DNA of 64,000 nt from Candidatus Thalassarchaeum betae (GTDB taxonomy: Archaea; Thermoplasmatota; Poseidoniia; Poseidoniales; Thalassarchaeaceae): the NCBI GenBank assembly GCA_022447095.1, contig JAKUUP010000006.1, forward strand, positions 2,123 through 66,122, written 5' to 3'. The notes under the pieces were generated by a model. That model worked only from the letters and a program-made list of their open reading frames with translations, searched no databases and was not told where the DNA came from. The position numbers and the translations under genes are program-made. Shown here piece after piece: positions 53,012 to 62,390 of the stretch. How positions within the stretch are numbered: the first letter of the stretch is position 1; each line of letters begins with the position of its first letter.

Positions 53012-54790
53012 TCACTGTGCGTAGAAGTATTCCCCGCTCGCCTTCTGCTCGCGGTCCTTCACGCTGCCTGTCTTGTTTATTCTAGGTCTGTAAGAGTCAT
53101 GATCGCGTCGGAAAGTGACGTCCACATCCGCTAGGAAGCGGTTCATCCCCTTGCGCAGGCTCAGAGGTCCTACGGCGTTGCCGTTGCTGCCGCCCTCGCC
53201 GTCGAAGACCAACAGAGAATCACTGACGATGTCGATGAAGTAGATGTCGTGGTCGATGACCATCGCCGCCTTCTCATTACCCTCCATCGTCCTGCGGATG
53301 GCCTTTGCCGCCTCCATCCTAGCGTTGGCATCCAGATGGGCGCTCGGCTCGTCGAGCAAGTAGAGGTCGGCCTCCTTGCCGAGGCAGATGGTGATGCTGA
53401 CGGCCTGTAGTTCGCCTCCTGAAAGTTTCTTGGCCTGCAACTCGAGCATCTTGTCGACTTGCAGAGTGCGCACGACTTGAGTATGGAATTCACCCGTGCG
53501 CCACCTGTTGCCCAGCTCGGTGTCGAGCCAGTCCTGTACAGTCCCCTCGAATTCAGTACTGACATGCTGGGGCTTGTATGAGACCTTGGCGTCCATCGTG
53601 CACCATCCCTCGTCGGGTTCCATCTCTCCCGCGATGATTCTGACCATAGTGGTCTTGCCAGTGGCATTGGGGCCCACTACTCCTACGACTTCTGCGGACT
53701 TGACCTCTCCCTGACCGGTCTTGAGGTGGAAGTCGCCCAGTGTCTTCTCGATGTCGCCCCACTTTAGTACGGGCGCCCCTGCCTCCTCTCCGCGAGTGCG
53801 CCCCCGCAGGAACTGGATGGGCTTGTCGCGTATTCTGATATTCTCCTCGGGCAGGAAACCGTCGAGGTATGCGTTGATCGCTGTGCGAGTTGATCGTGGA
53901 GGGGTGAATATACCGTAGGCCGCCCTTTCGCCGTAGACCACGTGCAGAAGGTCGCATAGCACATCAAGTATGGCCAGGTCGTGCTCCACGACTATGACGC
54001 GCTTGCCACGCCCGGCTAGCTCCTGTATGATGCGCACCATGCGCACCCTCTCATGGATGTCGAGGTAAGATGATGGCTCGTCGAAGAAATAGACCTCGGC
54101 TTCCTTGAGTAGTGTAGCGCATAGGGCGACGCGCTGCAATTCCCCCCCTGAAAGCGCACCCAGTTTGCGCTCGAGGACGTGCTCGATTGCGAGCATCCCC
54201 GCGTACTCAGACAGTTCTCCGCGGTCATCGACCCGCTCGAGCAACTCGCGGACCTCGCCATCGAAGATCTTAGGCAACTTGTCGATGTACTGCGGCTTGA
54301 CGGCGACTGTGACGCCTTCGTTTGCGACCATCTCCAGATAGTCGCGCAGCTCCCCGCGAGGAAACGTCTCAAGAATACCTCCCCAGTCCCGCGAGTCGAC
54401 CGTCCAATCCCCAAGATTAGGCTGAATAGTCCCGGCTAGGAGATTCACCGCGGTGGATTTACCCATCCCATTGGGCCCAAGGATACCGACAACTTGCTCC
54501 TCCCGTGGTGCGGGCAGACGGAACAGACGGAAACCATTCTCGCCATAGCGATGAGTCATCTCGCCTTCCAACTCCTCAGGCAGGTTTGTGATGATGAGAG
54601 CATCGAACGGGCACTTGTTGACGCAGATTCCGCAACCGATGCACAGCGCCTCGGAGACCAGCGGCTTGCCGCTCGAGTCATCGAGGACTATGCACTCGAT
54701 GCCATTGCGCACAGGAGGGCAGAAGGCCCAGCACTCGGCGTTGCACTTCTTGGGCTGACAACGGTCCTCCAGAAGTACTGCCACCCTCAT
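53012..54790 (-). CDS. ABCE1 / RNase L inhibitor (ribosome recycling factor): N-terminal di-cluster Fe-S domain + two ABC ATPase domains
   Basis: ATG at 54790 (MRVAVLLEDRCQPKKCNAECWAFCP...CIGCGICVNKCP). Two Walker A motifs (GPNGMGKST, GPNATGKTT). Confidence 0.9.
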   Translation of the reverse strand: MRVAVLLEDRCQPKKCNAECWAFCPPVRNGIECIVLDDSSGKPLVSEALCIGCGICVNKCPFDALIITNLPEELEGEMTHRYGENGFRLFRLPAPREEQVVGILGPNGMGKSTAVNLLAGTIQPNLGDWTVDSRDWGGILETFPRGELRDYLEMVANEGVTVAVKPQYIDKLPKIFDGEVRELLERVDDRGELSEYAGMLAIEHVLERKLGALSGGELQRVALCATLLKEAEVYFFDEPSSYLDIHERVRMVRIIQELAGRGKRVIVVEHDLAILDVLCDLLHVVYGERAAYGIFTPPRSTRTAINAYLDGFLPEENIRIRDKPIQFLRGRTRGEEAGAPVLKWGDIEKTLGDFHLKTGQGEVKSAEVVGVVGPNATGKTTMVRIIAGEMEPDEGWCTMDAKVSYKPQHVSTEFEGTVQDWLDTELGNRWRTGEFHTQVVRTLQVDKMLELQAKKLSGGELQAVSITICLGKEADLYLLDEPSAHLDANARMEAAKAIRRTMEGNEKAAMVIDHDIYFIDIVSDSLLVFDGEGGSNGNAVGPLSLRKGMNRFLADVDVTFRRDHDSYRPRINKTGSVKDREQKASGEYFYAQ

Positions 54791-54858
54791 GCTGCTTCCC
54801 CCGTTACGATTCACTCAATATTTCTTCTGTGTGGCTTGCCATAGGCAGCCGCTTCTGC

Positions 54859-56109
54859 TCAGAGTGCGAGAAAGCGGTAGCGCACGTACACGTACGCAGC
54901 AAAAACCATCTTCTCGGCCTTGCTAAGTTGAATCCTCTCAGTGAAGACGTCTCCGCCACTCTTCTGGATCTTCTTGAGAATAGACTGGTAGAAGGTCGCC
55001 ATAGCGGCAGGCGAGTAGCGTGACGACCTGTCGAGAAGCGGGAACAGCTTGAATGCCTTCTCGCGGTACCTGTCGCACCTCTCGATGTATTCGTCAACGA
55101 ACGGCTTCCAACCGGGATGCTTGAGCAGCTCCTTACCGCTCTTGATGTCATCTTCGGTGATGCCAAAACGGTCGAGGTCTTCGAGAGGCAGGTATATCCT
55201 GTCGCGCTCGGCGTCCTCGGCGACATCGCGCAGGATGTTGGTGAGTTGCATGAAGACGCCCCAAGCTTCGGCGTACTCGCGCGCCCTAGGGTCGTCGTAG
55301 CCGTAAATCTCGATACAGACGAGTCCGACGGTGGAAGCCACCCTGTAGCAGTAGGAGTAGAGGTCCTCGAAGGTCTGGTAACGATTGCGGTGGAAATCAT
55401 CCTCCATGCCGCTGACCATGTCATCGAGCATCTGGCGTGGGATTCCGAAAGTCTCGACCGTGTCTTTCATCGCCATGAAGATAGGGTCGGTCGAGGTAAC
55501 GTCCCCATAGGCAGTGGAGAGTTTCTTCCTGTAGTAGAACAACTGCGACATCTTGTCGTTGTAGGCAGAGCGGTCAACGACTGGTCTGCCGGCGCTGAGA
55601 AGCTCGATCTTAGCCCTGTAGTTGATGGCTTCCGGCTCGTCAGAGGAACCGCCAGGGAAGATGTCGACGTAATCTCCATCGGCGATGTCATCGGCCCGCC
55701 GGCAGAATGCGTAGTACGCCATGATGGCACGGCGCTCTAGGTCAGGCAGATACTTGAACGAGTGGTAGAAGTTGCCGGCCTCCCTTCTAGTGAGCTCCTC
55801 GCAGTAATCGTATGCGGTCTCAGTCATGCGCTCGGGGACATCCGGTTCGGACCAAATCGCGGCATCGATGTGGCTGAATGGATTGACCAACTCGCCTCTG
55901 CTGCCGATAACTCCCATGAAGAGCGCGCCTTCGCGAACCGCCTCGAGCGCTGTGATGCTGATTACGCGAGCCGCTTCCTTGGTCAGATTGACCGCAGAGC
56001 GGACCCTCTCGATACCTCGTGGCTCCTCGTCTGCATCGTACAGGGATATGCTCTGCTCAAGGCCTAATTTGGCGTCGGTGGCCAAATCTGAATCCTGACG
56101 CTGAGCCAT
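54859..56109 (-). CDS. phytoene-synthase-like trans-isoprenyl diphosphate synthase (head-to-head; CrtB/HpnD-like) with ~90-aa N-terminal extension
   Basis: Asp-rich motif 1 YAFCRRADDIADG. Motif 2 region SGMEDDFHRNRYQTFEDLYSYCYRVASTVGL, matching PSY G-M-x-x-D-x-x-x-x-RY-x-T-F-x-EL-x-x-YCY. Confidence 0.8.
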   Translation of the reverse strand: MAQRQDSDLATDAKLGLEQSISLYDADEEPRGIERVRSAVNLTKEAARVISITALEAVREGALFMGVIGSRGELVNPFSHIDAAIWSEPDVPERMTETAYDYCEELTRREAGNFYHSFKYLPDLERRAIMAYYAFCRRADDIADGDYVDIFPGGSSDEPEAINYRAKIELLSAGRPVVDRSAYNDKMSQLFYYRKKLSTAYGDVTSTDPIFMAMKDTVETFGIPRQMLDDMVSGMEDDFHRNRYQTFEDLYSYCYRVASTVGLVCIEIYGYDDPRAREYAEAWGVFMQLTNILRDVAEDAERDRIYLPLEDLDRFGITEDDIKSGKELLKHPGWKPFVDEYIERCDRYREKAFKLFPLLDRSSRYSPAAMATFYQSILKKIQKSGGDVFTERIQLSKAEKMVFAAYVYVRYRFLAL

Positions 56110-56218
56110 GCTATTCCCGAATCGAGCGACCGCAGCCTGCCTTTGAACCTCTCCCTCGTGCGCGCGGGTCGCGCGTCGTGCGGTCCCTAGGACCGCAGTA
56201 ACACATTTCTTGCGATAC

Positions 56219-57238
56219 TTAGGCGTCTCGGTACTGACTCAGGAGCTCCCTGCTTTTCTTGGCGAATGGCACTGCGAACGCGACCGTCTTCAGGAGTCCA
56301 TTTATCTCATCCCGGGTCACCTTGATCCTATTGCTCGGCTCTAGCACATTCCCATCTCTGAGTAGGGCCAGTGTTCGCTGCCCGATTAACACCGGCAGCA
56401 TGCAGGCCCCACGCAGGCGGAACTGGCTGTGAGGGAGCATTCCGATGTACTCGACCGCTGCATCAAGATGGGACTCGGCCACATCGATGCAGGAGTCGAA
56501 AAGCGGTTTGAAGTGACCCATGTTTTCCGCGTCAAGCAAGTCCATTGGCTCCATCCCGATATCGGACAGGGATTTACTCGGAATGTAGCAACGCCCCATC
56601 CTTAGATCCGCAGGGATATCGCGAAGTATGTTGATCAATTGCAGTGCCTTGCCGAAACGAACTCCTTTCTCAAACATCGCTAATTCGGTCTCTTCATCAG
56701 TCTCGAACAGGTGATTGAGAGTCATCCGAGTCCAGAACTCTCCTACGCTTCCTGCGACTCTGTAGGCGTAGTCGTCCAGTTCCATGTCATCTGCTAGCGC
56801 GACTATCTGCCCCTCTCCGGCGTTTGCGAAGCGCTTCAGATCAAGGCTCTGGCCACCTACGATGATGTTGAGGCAGTGACGGATGTGCTGCTGATCAGAG
56901 TCAGAGAATCGGCTGACGCAAGCGACCGTGTCGTCAACTCTCTCCAGCAACTTCCTCTCGGAGGCAATCCTCTGTAGTTGCGCGAGTTCGGACAGGTCTG
57001 GAAGTGTGTTTGAGTTTCCTTGGGCGTACTCGTTGTAACGCTCGAGCGCCTGCAGTCTTTGAGCAGGAACTCCCCTTTCTGAGTCGGCTATAGTATCGGA
57101 CGTGCGTGCCAGCAGGTAGAGCAGTCCGACCTGCGAGCGGAGGCCTGAGGGGAGATTCTTGAGGGTGAGGTAGAACGAGCGCGAGGTCCCTTCGAGAATC
57201 GAATCCAGTTCAGGGTCTAGCAGTTCGGACATGACCAC
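56219..57238 (-). CDS. squalene-synthase-like trans-isoprenyl diphosphate synthase (SQS/HpnC-like)
   Basis: SQS-type N-terminal motif TSRSFYLTLKNLPSGLRSQVGLLYLLARTSDTIAD. Second motif NILRDIPADLRMGRCYIP. Confidence 0.8.
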   Translation of the reverse strand: MVMSELLDPELDSILEGTSRSFYLTLKNLPSGLRSQVGLLYLLARTSDTIADSERGVPAQRLQALERYNEYAQGNSNTLPDLSELAQLQRIASERKLLERVDDTVACVSRFSDSDQQHIRHCLNIIVGGQSLDLKRFANAGEGQIVALADDMELDDYAYRVAGSVGEFWTRMTLNHLFETDEETELAMFEKGVRFGKALQLINILRDIPADLRMGRCYIPSKSLSDIGMEPMDLLDAENMGHFKPLFDSCIDVAESHLDAAVEYIGMLPHSQFRLRGACMLPVLIGQRTLALLRDGNVLEPSNRIKVTRDEINGLLKTVAFAVPFAKKSRELLSQYRDA

Positions 57239-57270
57239 ACTCCCTCGGTCAAGCTCAGCCCGCTTCTCCC

Positions 57271-58200
57271 CTAAGACTCTCGCAGTCCCGCTTCAATCAG
57301 CACGTCAAGCAGAACGTCCCCGATTTTTGACGGATCTCTGGCTATGTGGATTCCCGCGGCCTCGAAGGCAGCGAACTTCTCCTCAGCCGTTCCCTTACCG
57401 CCTGAGATGATGGCGCCGGCATGACCCATCCTCTTGCCCGGTGGTGCGGTTGCTCCGGCAACGAAGCCTACGAGTGGCTTGGAGAAGTTCTCTGCTACCC
57501 ATTCGGCCGCATCCTCCTCGGCCGTGCCGCCGATCTCACCGATCATCACCACGGCCTTGGTTTCAGGGTCCTCTTCGAAGGCGGCGAGGCAGTCGATGAA
57601 ACCAGTTCCGGTAATCGGGTCGCCGCCAATTCCGATGCAGGTGGACTGGCCTTCGCCCACACCCATCGTCTGGGCCACCGCCTCGTAGGTGAGCGTGCCC
57701 GACCTTGAGATGATTCCGACGCGACCTTTGGTGTGGATGTAGCCCGGCATGATTCCGACCTTGCATCCACCGCTCTCTCCGGGACTAATGATTCCGGGAC
57801 AGTTTGGCCCGATGAGCCGCACACCCGGCCTCTGGCCTATGTGAGCGACCACTCGCACCATGTCCAAAGTAGGGATTCCCTCACTGATGCAGATGATTAG
57901 ACCGCCGCCGTTTAGCTTGTGGAAGGCGTCTGCGGCCTCCATTATCGCCGAGGCGGCGAACCTCGCTGGCACGTAGATGATGCTGGCTTCTCCACCTGTA
58001 TCGGAGACTGCCTCGGCCATGGTGTCGTAGACAGGGACCGAGCGGCCTGGCAGGTCGACGCTCTGGCCACCCTTGCCCGGTGTGACTCCACCGATGATAT
58101 CGGTGCCGTACTCGACCATTCTGGTTGCGTGAAACATCCCTTGACTACCGGTGAGTCCCTGCACCAATATCTTGCTGCCCTCGTGGATCCAGATGCTCAT
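57271..58200 (-). CDS. sucD: succinyl-CoA synthetase alpha subunit
   Basis: [21 protein letters not shown] (CoA-binding), phospho-His loop region [10 protein letters not shown]. Confidence 0.95.
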   Translation of the reverse strand: MSIWIHEGSKILVQGLTGSQGMFHATRMVEYGTDIIGGVTPGKGGQSVDLPGRSVPVYDTMAEAVSDTGGEASIIYVPARFAASAIMEAADAFHKLNGGGLIICISEGIPTLDMVRVVAHIGQRPGVRLIGPNCPGIISPGESGGCKVGIMPGYIHTKGRVGIISRSGTLTYEAVAQTMGVGEGQSTCIGIGGDPITGTGFIDCLAAFEEDPETKAVVMIGEIGGTAEEDAAEWVAENFSKPLVGFVAGATAPPGKRMGHAGAIISGGKGTAEEKFAAFEAAGIHIARDPSKIGDVLLDVLIEAGLRES

Positions 58201-59408
58201 GAGGAATCGCCTCCGATGACCTTGACGATGGCCTCTCCCGCCTCCGCGAGAGTACTGGTGGTAATGGTCTCTAGTTCGCAGGCGTCGAGAATCTCCTTGC
58301 CCTCCTTATGGTTAGTGCCCGAGAAGCGGACGACGAGGGGTACGTTGAGCCCCTTCTCCTCGGATGCTTCGATGATGCAGCGAGCGACCATGTCGCATCG
58401 GATGATGCCGCCGAAGACATTGACGAGGATCCCTTCCAGAGAAGGGTCTTCGAGGATTATTCCGAAGGCTGCGGTGATCGACTCGCGGTTGGCTCCGCCG
58501 CCGATGTCGAGGAAGTTCGCCGGCTCGCCACCATAGAGTTTGATGACATCCATCGTGGCCATGGCAAGCCCTGCGCCGTTGACTAGACAGCCGATGTCTC
58601 CGTCCAAGTCCACGTACGAGAGTCCGTGCGCGCGAGCGCGCATCTCGATATCGGACTCTTCGGAGAGGTCACGTAACCCGGCCCTCCAAGGGTGCCTGAA
58701 AGAGGCGTTATCATCGAAACTCACCTTGGAGTCAAGTGCGACCATCGTGCCGCCCTCGGTCTTGACCAGCGGGTTGATCTCGATCATAGAGCAGTCCCTG
58801 TCTATGAACATCGACACCAGTTGACCGACCATCTCTACGAAGGAGGCGTGCGCCGAGCCAGAGAGGCCCAGCGAGTCAGCCAGCGCGCTCTTCTGAGAGT
58901 CATGCAGGCCTTCGATAGGGTCCACCCAGGTCTTGTGGATGGCCTCGGGGGTATTCTCAGCCACCTCCTCGATGTCCACGCCGCCCTCCGTCGAGGCCAT
59001 GATGAGGACCGAGTTTTCCTCGCGGTCGATCAGAAGCGCTAGGTAGTACTCGTGCGCGATAGCGCAGCCAGCCTCGATGTAGAGGTTGTTGACGAGTTTG
59101 CCTAGGGGGCCCGTCTGCTTGGTCACCAGTGTGTGTCCGAGGATGTTTGAGGAGTATTCCTCTACATCCTCACGAGAGGAAGCAATCTTCACCCCACCTT
59201 CCATGACTAGGTCGTCGGAGTCGGTGCTGTACAGTTTGCCCTTGCCGCGTCCACCGGCGTGAATCTGACTCTTGACAGCGACCACTTCCGAGCCCAGCGA
59301 GTCGTAGGCTGCCAGAGCCTGCTCGACGCTCGTGCAGTGCACTCCGTCTTGGACTGCGACCCCTGCTTCCCTGAACAGGGCCTTGCCTTGGTACTCGTGG
59401 ATGTTCAT
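58197..59408 (-). CDS. sucC: succinyl-CoA synthetase beta subunit (ATP-grasp)
   Basis: ATG at 59408 ([19 protein letters not shown]); 4-nt overlap with sucD. Confidence 0.95.
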   Translation of the reverse strand: MNIHEYQGKALFREAGVAVQDGVHCTSVEQALAAYDSLGSEVVAVKSQIHAGGRGKGKLYSTDSDDLVMEGGVKIASSREDVEEYSSNILGHTLVTKQTGPLGKLVNNLYIEAGCAIAHEYYLALLIDREENSVLIMASTEGGVDIEEVAENTPEAIHKTWVDPIEGLHDSQKSALADSLGLSGSAHASFVEMVGQLVSMFIDRDCSMIEINPLVKTEGGTMVALDSKVSFDDNASFRHPWRAGLRDLSEESDIEMRARAHGLSYVDLDGDIGCLVNGAGLAMATMDVIKLYGGEPANFLDIGGGANRESITAAFGIILEDPSLEGILVNVFGGIIRCDMVARCIIEASEEKGLNVPLVVRFSGTNHKEGKEILDACELETITTSTLAEAGEAIVKVIGGDSS

Positions 59409-59512
59409 TGTACCCGGTCCGCGACTCACGCCCCGTCTTTCAACGATGCGCATGCGCACCGCGCGTGGCGCGGACGCGAAGCGCTCAAACGGGGCTGCAC
59501 GCCCGACGCACC

Positions 59513-60475
59513 ATGGACATCATAGTTCTGGCCGGTGGCTTCGGCACACGGCTACGTCCTTGGACCGACGGCCGTGCCAAGCCGCTACTGCCGCTACTCG
59601 ACAAGACCCTGCTCGAGAGAGTAGTTGAGGTGGTTCCTGCCGATATGGTCGACAGGATCGTGGTTGCAGCCGGTTACGGAATAGGGGAGATGGAGACCTT
59701 CTTTGCAGATGCGAGCCTACCTTACGAGGTGGTTCTATCTGTTGAGAAGGAAGCTCTGGGGACGGGTGGAGCGGTCTCTCTTGCGCGCCCCTATCTGACA
59801 GGTGAGGGGCCGGTTCTGGTGCTCAACGGCGATCTGATCTCCAGCGTCGATGTGGCCGCTCTGGCTACTCACCACGAGTCGTCGGGAGCCATGGTGACTC
59901 TGTCTTTGTGGGAGATCGAGGACCCGAGCCGATTCGGTGTCTGCGAACTCGACGATGCGGGCTTCATCCGCCGCTTCCAAGAGAAGCCCGAGCGCGGGAC
60001 CGAGTTCTCCAACCTGATCAATGCAGGATGCTACTTGATCGAGCGCGACGTTCTTGCAGGCCTAGCCAGCGAGCCTCACAGCATCGAGCGCGAAGTCTTC
60101 CCGAGGATTGCCGAGACTGGCAAGATGTCAGGTATGGCGTTCACAGGATACTTCGTCGACGCCGGAACCTCCGCGTCATTCATCGAAGCAGCGCAGGTTT
60201 GCATCGCCAATGGCCGCTACAACAGCGGGCAGGTAAACGGTGACTCATGGCTCGGCGACGGCTCGCACTGCAACGGATATCTCTCAGGCAGTTCCATCGG
60301 AGCCGGTTCGAATGTCGGAGCCGACGCCTCCTTGACCGACTGTGTGGTTCTTGCGGGCGCCAACATCGGAGCCGGGGCCTCTCTAACTCGATGCCTTGTG
60401 GGCGAGGGTGCAGTTGTGGCCGCAGGAGCAGAACTCTCCGATACCATCGTAGGACACCACGCTCATGTCGAGTGA
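59513..60475 (+). CDS. sugar-1-phosphate nucleotidyltransferase with C-terminal left-handed beta-helix (hexapeptide) domain
   Basis: ATG at 59513: MDIIVLAGGFGTRLRPWTDGRAKPLLP (G-x-G-T-R-L motif). C-terminal hexapeptide repeats (IGAGSNVGADASLTDCVV...). Confidence 0.8.
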   Translation: MDIIVLAGGFGTRLRPWTDGRAKPLLPLLDKTLLERVVEVVPADMVDRIVVAAGYGIGEMETFFADASLPYEVVLSVEKEALGTGGAVSLARPYLTGEGPVLVLNGDLISSVDVAALATHHESSGAMVTLSLWEIEDPSRFGVCELDDAGFIRRFQEKPERGTEFSNLINAGCYLIERDVLAGLASEPHSIEREVFPRIAETGKMSGMAFTGYFVDAGTSASFIEAAQVCIANGRYNSGQVNGDSWLGDGSHCNGYLSGSSIGAGSNVGADASLTDCVVLAGANIGAGASLTRCLVGEGAVVAAGAELSDTIVGHHAHVE

Positions 60476-61178
60476 GTCCGTCAGCGTCAAAGCAGGCCGT
60501 CCTCTCGCCCAGAGCGTGAGCGACTGCTTGGTCGTTGTCAATTTCAAGACCTACCAGACCGCCCATGGCGCGTCTGCAGAGGAACTAGCACGCGCCATGG
60601 CAGGCATCGAGACCGACGCACGACTCGTCGCTGCAGTCTCGGCCATCGACCTCTCGGCAGTAGTCGCAGCAGCACCTGGTCTTGAGGTCTGGACCCAACA
60701 CCTCGACCCTATCCGGTTCGGCTCGAACACCGGATGGCTCCACCCAGACACCGCAGTGGAGCGGGGTGCGACTGGCACCCTCATCAACCACGCCGAGCAC
60801 AAGGTCAGCATCGAGCACGTCGCCATGCTCCTCGACCAGGTGCCGGAGGACTTCTGCGTGTGCGCATGTGCGGCCGACATCGACGAGGCGCAGGCCCTCG
60901 CAGCCCTCGGCCCTACATATGTGGCAGTCGAGCCGCCCGAGCTCATCGGTGGCGTTGTCTCTGTGACCTCAGCCGACCCAGAGATAGTCAGTGGCACGGT
61001 CGCTGCAGTTCGAGAGGTGACCGATGATGTCGGAATACTCTGCGGAGCTGGTGTGAAGAGTGGCACGGATGTTGCAACGGCGATGGAACTCGGAACTACC
61101 GGGGTACTGCTAGCTAGCGGCGTTACCAAGGCAGACGACCCGGGGGCTGCGCTCGATGATCTCGTCTCAATGCTCTGA
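60465..61178 (+). CDS. tpiA: triosephosphate isomerase (archaeal type)
   Basis: VVNFKTYQ near the N-terminus, INHAEHKV (catalytic His region), VAVEPPELIGG (Glu). Confidence 0.85.
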   Translation: MSSESVSVKAGRPLAQSVSDCLVVVNFKTYQTAHGASAEELARAMAGIETDARLVAAVSAIDLSAVVAAAPGLEVWTQHLDPIRFGSNTGWLHPDTAVERGATGTLINHAEHKVSIEHVAMLLDQVPEDFCVCACAADIDEAQALAALGPTYVAVEPPELIGGVVSVTSADPEIVSGTVAAVREVTDDVGILCGAGVKSGTDVATAMELGTTGVLLASGVTKADDPGAALDDLVSML

Positions 61179-62102
61179 TGGTTGCCTGAACTTGACGATC
61201 GAGTAGACAGCGACGCCGACGGCCACCGCTCCTGCTAGGATGTTCCAGTCTACCAGAGCGTCCAGTGCCACGGCCACTCCGAAGAATCCGGCTATTGCAA
61301 GAAACAGCATCACGTGGATGATGGGCCCTCCACTCAGTCGTGGGTCTAGGAAGTCGTACAGGTAGACCCCACCGCCGAATACGGCGTATGCGTTGGCGAA
61401 GCCGATGTAGGCCATGCCGAAGAGTATCGGGAACACCACCATACTCAGGTTGATGTCCACCCCCATCATCACCAGTTCCACCCCTAGGATGATGACGTTG
61501 CAGTTGTGCATCACCAACTCGTACCACTTGAAGTAATGGTTCACGTCGAACCCCTTCGAAAAATTGCTCGGTATCAAGTAGTGAGTGACGACCACACTGA
61601 CCAGCAGGGCCGTGCCACAGGCAACTGCGAACATGACTGGGATGGCAGCGAGCAGCAAACCGGTTACTTCGCCCCCCAGAACGTGGACCCAAGAGGATAA
61701 GGCTGCGAGTGCGAAGTAGACGCCGAAGGCGATGAAACTCCACACCGTGAACGGCACTAGTCTGTGCACTCCCAGCATATTCGCCTCACCCCTCTGCCTA
61801 CTCTCATAGAAGACAGGCAGTGAAGTACCGCCTTCCTTGTCGAGGCAGATTGCTGCGAGGGTGCAGAACGAAAGCAGCGCAGCAGCACTCCTGAACAGCG
61901 CCACTAGGATGTCAGGGAAATAGGCTGAGGAGGAGATTTGTTGGGAGGTGTGCGAGGCGTTCAAAGCATCACTTGTCAGGACGTAGTATAGGAGACAGAG
62001 GAAGCCCAATAGGACGAGTCCCCCGGTCTCGATGTGTCTGTCTCTCTCGCCGTACTCGCGTAGCCGACGCATAAGGAGTGCAAATAATGCACTAACCTTC
62101 AA
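61167..62102 (-). CDS. polytopic membrane protein, hypothetical
   Basis: About 8 hydrophobic helices; converges on the tpiA stop. Confidence 0.5.
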   Translation of the reverse strand: MKVSALFALLMRRLREYGERDRHIETGGLVLLGFLCLLYYVLTSDALNASHTSQQISSSAYFPDILVALFRSAAALLSFCTLAAICLDKEGGTSLPVFYESRQRGEANMLGVHRLVPFTVWSFIAFGVYFALAALSSWVHVLGGEVTGLLLAAIPVMFAVACGTALLVSVVVTHYLIPSNFSKGFDVNHYFKWYELVMHNCNVIILGVELVMMGVDINLSMVVFPILFGMAYIGFANAYAVFGGGVYLYDFLDPRLSGGPIIHVMLFLAIAGFFGVAVALDALVDWNILAGAVAVGVAVYSIVKFRQPSEH

Positions 62103-62127
62103 TCCTATGCCGGCCTGATACTAATCG

Positions 62128-62235
62128 TCACTGCTTGGCGCGCTTGCGAGAGGCCTTTCGACGTCGTAATTTCTTCTTGCGCCACTTCCAGCGCTGCTTC
62201 CCGTGCTTCTTCCACGCACGGGAACCTCTCTTCAT
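62128..62235 (-). CDS. unlisted 35-aa ultra-basic peptide, ribosomal-protein-L41e-like
   Basis: The reverse complement of 62128-62235 reads ATG AAG AGA GGT ... CAG TGA, which translates to MKRGSRAWKKHGKQRWKWRKKKLRRRKASRKRAKQ. It is 55 nt downstream of the tRNA-Arg 3' end and too short for the ORF track. Confidence 0.4.
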   Translation of the reverse strand: MKRGSRAWKKHGKQRWKWRKKKLRRRKASRKRAKQ

Positions 62236-62290
62236 GCGCGTCGCCGACCTACTCTCCCTATTTGAGCGATTCGCGGGGGTCCACGAGGAA

Positions 62291-62367
62291 TGGTAGGCGA
62301 TACAGGATTCGAACCCGTGTCACCGGCTTAGAAGGCCAGCATGATATCCAGACTACACCAATCGCCC
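62291..62367 (-). tRNA. tRNA-Arg (anticodon TCT)
   Basis: The reverse complement folds as a cloverleaf: GGGCGAT-TG-GTGT-AGTCTGGATA-TCAT-G-CTGGC-CTTCTAA-GCCGG-TGACA-CGGGT-TCGAATC-CTGTA... ATCGCCT-A-CCA. It has a 7-bp acceptor (one G-U), a T-loop TTCGAAT, an anticodon loop CT-TCT-AA and an encoded CCA. The D stem has a U13:U22-type mismatch. Confidence 0.75.
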
Positions 62368-62390
62368 TGATGTCACCGTGGGACGCCCGC

